Shown piece after piece: positions 1 to 11,706 of a stretch of 64,000 nucleotides of DNA (position 1 is the stretch's first letter; each line of letters begins with the position of its first letter). The DNA comes from Octopus sinensis (Eukaryota): assembly GCF_006345805.1 (NCBI RefSeq), contig NC_043026.1, forward strand, positions 1,736,001 through 1,800,000, given 5' to 3'. The notes below the pieces were generated by a model, which saw nothing but the letters and a program-made list of their open reading frames with translations, did not search any database and was not told the DNA's origin. Position numbers and translations under genes: made by a program.

Positions 1-216
1 GGCATTTATACATTTAGGCAGGTTTAAAGGGGTGTTGGTGCTAAATGTATAAATGCCAATACAATTCTTGTTAACTAGCTTCCTGAAGATTTCTCTTGAA
101 TGAAACAGTTCTAGTCCTGTAGAAGCTCCTTCTATATAATAAATTAATTTTACTCTGCTATGTATTGAGTACCTTATTTACTGTGGTTAACCCCGAATCA
201 ACCCGGGACCTACATA

Positions 217-257
<41 letters not shown>

Positions 258-530
258 GAGTGAGTGGATAAATGAAAGAAAGTGTCACTCAACACATTTG
301 GGAGGATTTACATATATTATTGAAATAACAGATTGATTCAACTCCATGCAACCTAAAGTTTCTTTCATAGGCAAAGCAAACAAAGCAAACAGATGATCCT
401 CAGAAACCAAATTGCATGGAATTGAAGCAAACTGTTCTTAAATAATATATATATATATATATGGATACAAACACACACAGACACACATATATATATATAC
501 ATAGACACACACACATATATATATATATAC

Positions 531-1290
531 ATCATCATCATCGTTGAACGTCCGTTCTCCATGCCAGCATGGGTTGGACGGTTCAACCAGGGACTGGGAA
601 GCCAGGAGGATGCACCAGGCTCTAGTCTGATCTGGCAGTGTTTCTACAGCTGGATGCCCTTCCTATTGCCAACCACTCCATGAGTGTAGTGGGTGCTTTT
701 TACGTGCCACCGGCATGGAAGCCAGCCATACAGATGGTGCCTTTTACGTGCCACTGGCATGGAAGCCAGCCATACAGATGGTGCCTTTTACGTGCCAGGG
801 GAGGCTGGCAACGGCCACGATCAGTTGGTGCTTTTTACTGGCACGGAAGCTAGTCAAGGTGGCACTGGCATCAGCCACGTCTGGATGGTGCATCTTACAT
901 GCCACCAGCACAGGGATCACAACTACTATTTCCATTTGATTTTTTGATGTTGATGGTGATGGACTTCACTTAATAGGTCTCCTCAAGCACAGCAGGTCGC
1001 CCTACGATCCAAGGTAAGTACAGCAGGCCGTCCTGCAATCCAAGGAACTTTGGAAGGGCTGGGGCTTCTATGTGAAGCTGGTGCAGGAAACAGCCATGAA
1101 TTCACATTATTTGTCGGGTCTTCGCAGTCACAACATATCTCCAGAGGTCTCGGTCTTTTGTCATTGCCTCTGTAAGACCCAATGTTCGAAGGTCATGCTT
1201 GACCACCTCATCCCATGTCTTCCTAGGTCTACCTCTACCCCGGATTCCTTCAACTGTTTAGGAGTGGCACTTCTTCACACATCTCTCCTC
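531..1290 (-). mobile_element. RTE LINE 3' fragment
   Basis: (CAT)n tail at 531, shared 3'UTR motif tacagctggatgcccttcc, RT C-terminal remnant at about 1110-1280. Confidence 0.85.
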
Positions 1291-1504
1291 ATATATATAT
1301 AACTAAATAAATGGAGTTGAATGCACATGCTGTTCAAATTCTTTTACTTTCGACATATGTTTTGAAGACAACATTAGTTTTATTCCAAAGGAATAAACAG
1401 TGTAAAATACAATCTTCTCATCAGGAAAGAAAGACAACCTATCTCAACAACAAGACAACCTATCTCAAGCAAGGGTGCCTGTCGTACGGTCGTAAAATAC
1501 TCCA

Positions 1505-1932
1505 ATGCGACCGTACGACAGGCACCCTTGCCAACCCCCTTTGCTTGTGAAGACATGTTGGGGCAAGCGAAATCGAAATCGAATTGAACCAGCCAGGATC
1601 CCTGGTCTGGTGGTACGTAAAAAGCACTATCCGACTCGTGGCCGATGCCAGCACCGCCTCGACTGGCTTCCGTGCCGGTGGCACATAAAATACACCAATC
1701 TGACCGTGGCCGTTGCCAGCCCCGCCTGGCACCTGTGCAGGTGGCACGTAAAAAGCACCCACTACACTCACGGAGTGGTTGGCGTTAGGAAGGGCATCCA
1801 GCTGTAGAAACATTGCCAAATTAGACTGGAGCCTGGTGCAGCCTTCTGGCTTCCCAGAACCCCGGTCGAACCGTCCAACCCATGCTAGCATGGAGAACGG
1901 ACGTTAAACGACGATGATGATGATGATGATGA
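1505..1932 (+). mobile_element. RTE LINE 3'UTR fragment
   Basis: Same 3'UTR as 40680-40995, ends in (GAT)n. Confidence 0.85.
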
Positions 1933-2459
1933 AGACATTATAACAATTTCGATGAGTGCATAAATGATAAACAGAACGTTATTAAGTATTTTAAAAAACC
2001 GTTAGTAGATCTGATGTCAAAGGCAGACCCTAGGAAGAGAAGAGGTAAAGAAACAATAAGCAGAGAACAAATAAAGAGGGATATATTGGTTGAAAAAATG
2101 TTCAAAGGCTTGGAAATAGATTTCTCTATTGAAGTAAAGTGCAAGTTAAACTAACTGTTCAAACTATAAAGACTGGCAAATTCACTTATAGGTGATTTTG
2201 CCAGTTTTACACCGTTTATTCCTTTGGAATAAAACCAATGTTGTCTTCGAAACATATGTCGAAAGTAAAAGAATTTTAATAACATCTTTGTTCAACTCCA
2301 TTTATTTACTTATAATACACAAATTACTGCACATTAACCAAGAGTTTCTACCTTTGAATAGGTCGCTACATTCTTGTTACTTGCGTGAATTTTGCTATCG
2401 TGGTAACTGTTTATTGAGTTTTCCATGTTAACGGTAAATAAAGGATAATTCATTCATCC

Positions 2460-2567
2460 ATTTATATATATATGTGTATATATGTATTTTCTGGTTAAGA
2501 CCAGGTACCTTAACCAGAAGATACATATATACATATATATACATACATCTATATACATATATACATC

Positions 2568-2599
<32 letters not shown>

Positions 2600-3080
2600 T
2601 ATATACACATATATATATACATATACAGATATACATATACACATATATATACATATACAGATATACATATATATACACATATATATATACATATACAGAT
2701 ATACATATATATACACATATATATATACATATACAGATATACATATATATATACACATATATATATATACATATACAGATATACATATATATACACATAT
2801 ATATACATATACAGATATACATATATATACACATATATATATACATATACAGATATACATATATATACACATATATATATACATATACAGATATACATAT
2901 ATATACACATATATATATACATATACAGATATACATATATATACACATATATATATACATATACAGATATACATATATATACACATATATATATACATAT
3001 ACAGATATACATATATATACACATATATATATACATATACAGATATATATATATATACACATATATATATACATATACAG

Positions 3081-3137
<57 letters not shown>

Positions 3138-3236
3138 CACACATATATATATATATACACACATATATATATATATATACACATATATTATATATATATA
3201 TATATATATACACACACATATATAATATATATACAC

Positions 3237-3269
<33 letters not shown>

Positions 3270-3370
3270 TAATATATATATATATATATACACACACATA
3301 TATATATATATACACACACACATATATATATATATACACACACATAATATATATATATATACATACACAC

Positions 3371-3401
<31 letters not shown>

Positions 3402-3489
3402 TATATATATACATACACACATATATATATATATATACACAACACATATATATATATATACACACACATATATATATATATATATACAC

Positions 3490-3523
<34 letters not shown>

Positions 3524-3542
3524 ACACATATATATATTATAT

Positions 3543-3630
<88 letters not shown>

Positions 3631-3631
3631 C

Positions 3632-3662
<31 letters not shown>

Positions 3663-3697
3663 TACATACATATACAGATATACATATATATACACAC

Positions 3698-3728
<31 letters not shown>

Positions 3729-3730
3729 TA
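2460..3730. repeat. About 1.27-kb compound TA/CA microsatellite with a higher-order unit
   Basis: Directly visible; source of the long YIYI-type spurious ORFs. Confidence 0.98.
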
Positions 3731-4699
3731 AAAAATTAAGTAGGGTATATAATACCACTTGCTAAATTCAGAGCCAACACTCCAAAACCACCAGAAACTC
3801 ACAATAAAGATACAGACGAGCAATGCAATGGACATATGAGAAATAGGTTTACCTTTGCTTTGAATACATCAGTAAGGAATGCATATTTCAATACCAATTG
3901 ATGTCACGCTTTGCATGACAAACATGCTCTGTGATCTTCAGTTGAAAATAACATCTAGCATCTATTTCTAAAATATTCACTACATTAGCTCATGTCCGTT
4001 CCTTACTTTAAACGTCCTGCTCTGTTTAAAAGAAGCTTTTGTAAACAAGAAAAATTTTAATAAAGAAGTATTATTACTGTTATTTATAGTAATGATAAGG
4101 TGGCTAACAAATTCAAACTTTATAGGCACAATATAAAGTAATTTAAGATAAAGTAGGGTATATAATACCACTTGCTAAAATCAGAGCCATTGCATTGCTT
4201 GTGTATATCTTTATTGTAATTTTTGGAGCAAAGGCTCTGATTTTAGCAAGTGGTATTATATACCCTACTTAATCTTAAATTACTTTATATTGCGCCTGCA
4301 AAGATGTGAACTTGCTAGCCACCTTATCATTACTATAAATAATGGAAATAATACTTCTTAATTTATACATATATAAATATATATATATATATATATGATA
4401 CAAACAAGGTGATATCTTTTTTCAAATGCAACAATGCCATTTGAACAACAGAAACAATGGGTCAATTCCCCTTACAAAGTGGAAAAAGTTGTCAACAAAC
4501 AGCCATGACTGCTACATTTGAAAAAAATATCACCTTGTTTATATCGCAAAATTCAGATTAAAGCGCTTCTAATAAAAACAAATGTAAATTTGGTCATATG
4601 TAGACATGCATGTGGTTGTGTGTGTGTATATATATATATATATAAATATACACACATATATATATAGCTATATACATACACACACACATATAGCTATGG

Positions 4700-6249
4700 T
4701 GGGCGGTGTGGAAACTAGGGATTGATGAATGGTTAATAAAGGCTGTACAGGCCCTATGCAGAGATGCCGTTAGTAAGGTTAGGGTTGGCAATGAGTATAG
4801 TAAAGAATTCCGGGTAGAAGTAGGTGGTCCACCAAGGATCAGCCCTCAGCCCCTCTTATTCATCACACTCATCCAGGCAATGACAGAGGAATTCAAGATA
4901 GGTTGCCCCTGGGAGCTCCTCTATGCTGATGACCTGGTCCTCATAGCAGAATCACTGCCGGAACTAGAAAAGAAATTTCGGGTGTGGAAGCTAGGTTTAG
5001 AATTGAAGGGCCTTAAAGTCAATGTTGCAAAAACCAAAGTCCTAGTAAGTAGGAAGGCGAACACATCACACACCCCTTCAGGTAGGTGGCCCTGCTCGAT
5101 CTGTAGAAAAGGCATAGGTAGAAACTCTATAAGATGTACCCAGTGTAAGCAATGGACACAGAAGAGGTGCAGCAACATCAAAGGAAGATTAACTAGGAAG
5201 ATAGCTTTCATGTGCAGCAGATGCATAGGGGCAATAAACACCACAGATGCTCAGAAAACAGACTCCATCACATGCCAGGGTGAGAAACTAAAAGTAGTTG
5301 ATAGCTTCTGCTACCTATGCGACCAAGTCTGTAGTGGATGCTCAGAGAGCATTACCACTAGAATAAGAATAGCCTGGGCAAAGTTCATAAAGCTCCTACC
5401 CTACTGGTAACAAAGGGCCTCTTACTCAGAGTGAAAGGTAGATTGTACAATGTATGTGTGTGAACTACCAGTGAAACATGGGCCGTGACTGCTAAAGACA
5501 TGCATAGGCTTGAAAGAAATGAAGCTAGCATGATCCACTGTCTGTGTAATGTTAGTGTGCACATACGACAGAGTGTAAGTGCCCTGAGAGAAATGTCACA
5601 TAACCAGCCCACTCAAAAAGTACCTTTGGATCATAGGGTGACATGCCGTACTTGAGGAGACCTATTGAGTCAAGTACATCATCAACATCAAATCAAATGG
5701 AAATTGTAATTGTGCTTGATGCTAGCACTGCCTGCCTGGTACCCCGTGCCAGTGGAACATTAAAAAAAACACCATCCAAACATGGTTGATGACAGCCCCC
5801 TTGCCCTGACTGGCTCCTGTGCCAGTGGCACATAAAAAGTACCATCCGAACGGGGTTGATGCCAGTGCCAGGGGCATGTAAAAGCACCATCCAAATGTGG
5901 TTGATTCCAGCCTCCTTTGGCCCCTGTGCTGGTGGCACGTAAAAAGCTTGAAAGAAATGAAGCTAGCATGATCCGCTGGATGTGTAATGTTAGTGTGCAC
6001 ACACAAGAGTGTAAGCGCCCTGAGAGAAATGTTGGACATAAGAAGCATCGGATGTGGTGTGCAAGAGAGACGTCTGCACTGGTATGGTCACTACACTCTC
6101 AGAGTGGTTGGCATAAGGAAAGGTATCCAGCTGTAGAAACACTGCTGGATCAGATTGGGGCCTGGTGCAGCCACCTGGCTTCCAAGACCCCAGTCAAACC
6201 GTCCAACCCATGCCAGTATGGAAAACAAATGTTAAATGATGATGATGAT
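4700..6249 (+). mobile_element. Rearranged 5'-truncated RTE-clade LINE
   Basis: RT with LLYADDL and zinc-knuckle-like CSIC...CTQC insert, followed by 3'UTR subrepeats and (GAT)n tail; internal duplication and deletions. Confidence 0.9.
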
Positions 6250-6730
6250 ACACACACATAAATATATATACACGTGCATATATACACACATACGTATATA
6301 TACACATACATTCAAACACACACATATATATATATCATTAATAATAATAATAATAATATCAGAGTTACAGGGAACTTACAGGGAAAAATTCAATTTAGTA
6401 TTAAATCAAATGCCACAATATAAATATATAAAATATAAATTAGAGAGAAAAACCACTATTATGCAATTCTAACAGTGATAGACATAAACCAAAATATATT
6501 TTTATAAACCACATAACTAGATCACAAAAAGTATAAATAATCAATATATAATTAATAATATTAATTATTATATATTATTTATACTTTTTGTGATCTAGTT
6601 ATGTTTTATAAAAATCTATTTTATTTGTTATTTATATTTTGGTTTATGTCTATCATTGTTTGAATTGCATAATAGTGGTTATATTATATATATAAAATAT
6701 AACCACTATTATGCAATTCAAACAATGATA

Positions 6731-6770
<40 letters not shown>

Positions 6771-7616
6771 ACACACACAAATATCTCTTCCAGCAGTGGC
6801 TAGTGAGAAGACCAGAGAAATTTCTGCATCATTAAGTGTTTTCAGTAGCATGTACAAGTGACATTTTGATAAGCAGATATAATTTGCCACCACTGATATA
6901 TATATATACAGGAAAGCAATCACTAATGTAGTGAACAGCCATCTGGCCAAATAAAAATCTGTTGTTTGCTGGAATTACAACTGAGATGAATCAGTTCCCT
7001 ACACTGGAATATCAGGAATGAATGAAGAAAGCAGTGGAATTTGGATAGGCTCAAGTTGATGCCCACCTTTAGTGTTTTCAATTAATACAATTTCAGGATT
7101 TTGACAAATCCATTATCATCATCTTAACTTTTTCGTGACTGCATGGGTCAGGTGAAGTTTATTTGGGGCAGATTTTCTATGGCTGGATGCCCCTGTTCCC
7201 CACCCTCATGAGTTTTGAACTATGGTTATATTTCCACCTGGCCAGATATGTTCTTGCAGAATACCGGAAATGAAGCACATCACTTGTATGACAATTATTC
7301 AATTAATTACAGCTCTCACGTGATATCAAGACAAATGAGATATAGACACATGCACTGGGAGATTTTTCTTATAGTAGAAGAAATAGCCGAGATTTTTTGG
7401 CTGCTATTTCTAAAAGTTTGGTGTGTGGTAAAGTAAATTATTTTACTGAACCCTAATTATATAACGTAATATATATATATATATATATATACATACACAC
7501 GTACATAAATAACCATGTGGTTGGAAAACAAACATCTTACTACTCAGCCACAACTGTGCCTAGAGCATTGATAATATGGAAGACAGAAACTCAAAGTCCA
7601 TATATATATATATATA

Positions 7617-8590
7617 TAGCATTATGACCCAGCATTGCCGGGTCATAGGGCTAGTGCATGCATATATGTGTATATATATGTGTACATCTATATATATATA
7701 TCTACACATAAAATACAATGTTATATCTTGATATCGCTAGTAATAACAATACTCAAAATATATAACAGACTGGAATTGTAGGCCCGTCTCTTGCAATTTC
7801 AATCAATTGTATCTTTCCCCCCTCTTGTATAGAAGTGTGGCTACAATCCAGCCTACCTCTACTTCTGTGGGACATTTTAAATTTTTATCTGGGACGTAGG
7901 ATGTCCCAGATATAAAGGTAAAAATAAAATATTTCCACTTTGCAAGGTTCGAGTCGAGTACTCCCTTGCACGCTCCGTTGACTCGAACCTTGCTTCTATT
8001 GTGGCGAATTTACCGCCTCTAGTTAGATATCTTTCATAGTCGCACCAAGACACTTTTTGATGGTGCTTTCCTCCAGGTGTTCAAATCTTTTTTTTTCTCT
8101 ACATTGTATACTTTATAGACAATAGTCTTTTCTTTAATTTAATGGACTATTCCATTTCTGCGCATTAATTTTATTTTATTCCCATTCATGTGAAACCACT
8201 TATTCAAGTTCAAGTCATTGATGCAATTTTATACCAATTGCTATTTTTACTTTTGTTATGTTACAATTATATTATACTTTAGTTTGATTTTAATTATTAC
8301 TTACTACAAATAATTCAATTGTTATTATTATTTTTATTGTTAAAGTGAAAGTATCTGACATAAAATAGAGAAATGTTTTTGTTTCACTTTTAACACGTAA
8401 TACTGAAATAGTGGAGAAGATATGATATGGCTATGGGCTCGCCATAGGCAAGAAGTTGAACATTTTTTTACCCATGAAACTACATGGACCCTAAGTAAGT
8501 CATGTGTAAAATTTGAATGAAATTGGTTGTGTAGTTCTCAAGTTTTAGGGAAACACACAGACAGACACACATTCTCAGTTTTATATATAT
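7617..8590 (-). mobile_element. Non-autonomous Helitron, about 970 bp
   Basis: Subterminal hairpin (ctagccctatgacccggcaatgctgggtcataatgcta on minus); reverse complement of 38695-40138 over most of its length. Confidence 0.75.
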
Positions 8591-8599
8591 ATATATATA

Positions 8600-8915
8600 T
8601 ATTATTTATGCGCCCTTTTCAAGCCTAGCCAGGCTCATGGGCCCAGTTTCTCAGTTTCTATGGTGTATCTGTTCCCTCCAGCTGGACGGGATGCCAGCCC
8701 ATCGCAGTGTTACTCAAGAAACAGGAAGAAAGAGTGAGAGAAAGTTGGGGTGAAAGAGTACAACAGGGGCCGCCACCACCCCCTGCTAAAGCCTCGTGGA
8801 GCTTTAGGTGTTTTCGCTCAATAAACACACACAACGCCCTGGTCTGGGAATCGAAACCGCGATCCTCCGACCGCGAGTCTGCTGCTTTAACCATTAGGCC
8901 ATTGCGCCTCCACAT
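8600..8915 (-). mobile_element. Third tRNA-derived SINE family; second copy at about 63690-64000
   Basis: Minus-strand head ggcgcaatggcctaatggttaaagc...ggtttcgattccc (A and B boxes); close match to the window end. Confidence 0.75.
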
Positions 8916-9026
8916 ATATATGAAATGTCTCACTGAATTCTGTATGGTCCATGCAAACAGAGAAAAGTTGCTGGTAAAATGATGGTGTGTGTGTGTGTGT
9001 GTGTGTGTGCATTCTCTTCTACTTAC

Positions 9027-9098
9027 CACATGTGAAATGTTCTTGCCTTTTGTCTTGTTTATGACTTTTTTGAGAAGGAGCGCTTTTCTGTACAAACT
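9027..9098 (-). CDS. ANAPC7: ANAPC7 coding exon 3 (SLYRKALLLKKVINKTKGKNISHV)
   Basis: 72 nt, acceptor tctctttcag, donor gtaagt, phase 0/0. Matches APC7 SKYTMALQQKKALSKT. The next exon was not found in 1-9026. Confidence 0.88.
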
Positions 9099-10425
9099 CT
9101 GAAAGAGAGAGAGAGAAGACAAGAGAGTGAGATTTAAGAAATGTGTGGAAGACATGCACCAGAGATAAAAGTGCCACTGAAGATAGACACAACCTTACAA
9201 TGTGTATTTGCTTGTTTGAATCATTAAGCAACCGTCTTTCATCGAAGCAGTTGTAGGACAGCATCTGTAAAGCAAAGCCACGTTTGAAGGAATTACCTAA
9301 ACTTTACATTTCTCTTGTGTTGATAAAAATAAATATTGAACTGGCAGTTGGGGGTTCCAGCTGATTTGATCAACAGAACAGCTTGTTCCTGAAATTAACA
9401 TGCAAGTGGCTGAGCACTCCACAGACATGTAACCTTAATGTAGTTTTCAGGGAAATTCAGTGTGATACAGAATAAGATAAGGATGGCCCTTTGAAATACA
9501 GGTACCACTCATTTTTGCCAACTGAGTGGACTGAAGTAGTGTAAAATAAAGTGTCTTGCTCAAGGACACAACGTGTCACCAGGAATCAAACTCTTGCCAT
9601 TAGGATTGTGAGCCAAATACCCTAACCACTAAACCACACACTTTGGTACAATAAATATTACAGCAACAACACTGGAGTTAACTGAAACAACAACAACAAC
9701 AACAGGCCTTGCTTTCCAAACATGGGGGGGGGGTATGTCTTTCTTTTTACATCCGTTTTTCCATGTTTGAATGGAACAGATGAGCAAGTTATTTAAGGCA
9801 TTGTGTTTTTTACAGCCAGATCCCCTTCCTGTTGCTAACCCTCACCTGTTTATCAAGTAAGGGTTTCTTTTCTTTATTCCAAATGACTTTGAAGTGTAGA
9901 GCTAGAGGAGGGTTTTGTTAACATGGAATGTTAGCAAATATTAATGCCTATACTGCTTTTTATGCAAAGGGAGACATGTAAATATTCACACACGCACAAA
10001 TATATACATACAGAGAGAGAGAGAGAGGGGTATAATTTATCCCTAATTAAATGTGGATGTTCTGTGTGTTTGTCCCTTACTATCACTTGACAATCAGTGC
10101 TGGTTTGTTTACATCCCTGTAACTTAGGGGTTTGGCATAAGTGACTGACAGAATATGCACCAGGGTTAAAAATAAAAACTAAGTACTGGGATTGATTTGT
10201 TAGACTAAAACCTTTCAAGGCGGTGCCCCAGCATGGCTGCAGTCCAATGACTGAAACAAGTAAAAGATGTATTCCTGCAAAGTTTCATTATTAAGAATGG
10301 TATGAGGAAACAAAGCTGGGGCAGGGGATGAGGGATGCCAACAAAGTAGTTTATAACAAGACTAACAGCATCCCTATCAGAGATAGGGATGTTCAACCAT
10401 ACAAAAGATCAAATCAAGTGTTTAC

Positions 10426-10548
10426 CTCAGCTTTCCGAAACTCTCGCAGTTGGTAGAGGGAATGTGCATAGTAGACGGTGCACTGGTATTTTTGGGCTAA
10501 TGTCAGGAGGTCTGAGTTCTGGTCAGACATGGTTAACACTAAACAAGC
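10426..10548 (-). CDS. ANAPC7: ANAPC7 coding exon 2 (ACLVLTMSDQNSDLLTLAQKYQCTVYYAHSLYQLREFRKAE)
   Basis: 123 nt, acceptor tcctcttttcag, donor gtaaac, phase 0/0. Matches APC7 LLTMSNNNPELFSPPQKYQLLVYHADSLFHDKEYRNA. Confidence 0.92.
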
Positions 10549-10756
10549 CTGAAAAGAGGAAATTAATGTGTAGAGAGATGACAGATGAATGGAAACAAGC
10601 AGGTAAACAGGCATATGAAAGAAAGCTGGATAAAAACAGATATGTAGATACATGTTTAGATAAACAGTTATTTTTTCTCTCTAGTTTCAGCTCAGAGCTG
10701 CGGCCATGCTGATGCACTGCCGTTTTGCTACACTGTTATTACTAAGAGCCTCTTCT

Positions 10757-11706
10757 AATATGTGGCACTTGGTGAAGAATGGAGTTTGATATAGCTACTC
10801 TCATTTGCACCTCTTGCCATCAGGTAAGTTCATCTGGGACTCTCGACAGGAAGATACCCAGCTTTGATTTAAAAACCGCTACATCTACTTTGTGCAAGTT
10901 CCTCAAACTCTTTGAGAGAATATTAAAAAGCTGTGGGCCCTTGAAACCCAGGCTGTTGCAGTAGCTGGTCCTGAAGCGTGATGGCATTGCTGGGATCTTT
11001 GGCACTATGCAGTGTCATCCCGTTCTAGCACTGGTGTAGCTTACAATGCCAAAATTTGGCACAATTCCTTCCAGGATCTTCCAGACATATATTACTGCAT
11101 ACCTCTCCCGTCTTCTCTCCAGGGAGTAGAGTCTTAGTTGTTTCAACCTTTCCCAGTAGCTGAGCTGTTGCAAAGAGACAATCTTCTTTGTGAATCTTCT
11201 CTGGATTGCTTCAAGGTCTGCTGTTAATTTTACACTGGTGGGTGACCATAGATGTGAGCAGTAATCCAGGCGGCTGAGGACGAATGTCCGCCAGAGGACC
11301 ATCATAGTTTCCTTATCTCTGGTTCTGAATGTTCTTAGGATCCATCCAGCCAGTCGTCTGCACTTTGTCACCATCCTGGTAATGTGCACTTGGAAAGGGA
11401 TATCCTCACTCATGTCGATACCCAGGTCCCTCACTGATTTAGGCTCTGGGATTGAAATTCCCTGTGGATTGGTGTACCCTGTAAGTTTAATATTCAGTTT
11501 TGGATGCTTGTAGCGCAGGGCTTGGAATTTTTCAGCATTAAACTGCATATTATAATCCTTAGCCCATCTGTAAATTGAGTCCAACTCCTGCTGCAGGTGT
11601 GCAACATCACTGGGGTTCTGTATTTTCTGCAAGACTTTCGTATCATCTGCATAGCTTGCAAGGGTGGCTATCCGGGCATTTGAGGGCATATCTGAGAGGG
11701 CCACTA
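10757..11706 (-). mobile_element. 5'-truncated CR1-group LINE, RT C-terminal half
   Basis: 229-aa ORF with YADDTK, FRTRDKE, SRLDYCS and YWERLKQLRLYSLERRRERY motifs; frameshifted 3' continuation. A related 3' fragment is at about 31090-31440 (minus). Confidence 0.9.

Noticed and set aside
2428-3835. Long ORFs up to 431 aa ([12 protein letters not shown] types), and similar ones at 20795-21251, 32364-32909 and 55608-56076
   Set aside because: Translations of stop-free microsatellites, not genes.
3895-3960. Hammerhead-like ctgaaga on minus strand; similar weak cases at about 17410-17480, 27755-27800, 28130-28165 and 62085-62105
   Set aside because: Missing GAAA or CUGANGA, or unpaired stems; too degenerate to call.
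6684-6950. Possible fourth ANAPC7 coding exon (KCHLYMLLKTLNDAEISL resembles KMAECYTMLKQDKDAIAIL)
   Set aside because: The only nearby acceptor gives a phase-0 frame that hits a stop, and there is no suitable donor; similarity is weak.
8860-8915. tRNA genes at SINE heads (also 24720, 53190, 63940)
   Set aside because: A/B boxes continue into SINE bodies, with no complete cloverleaf or terminator.
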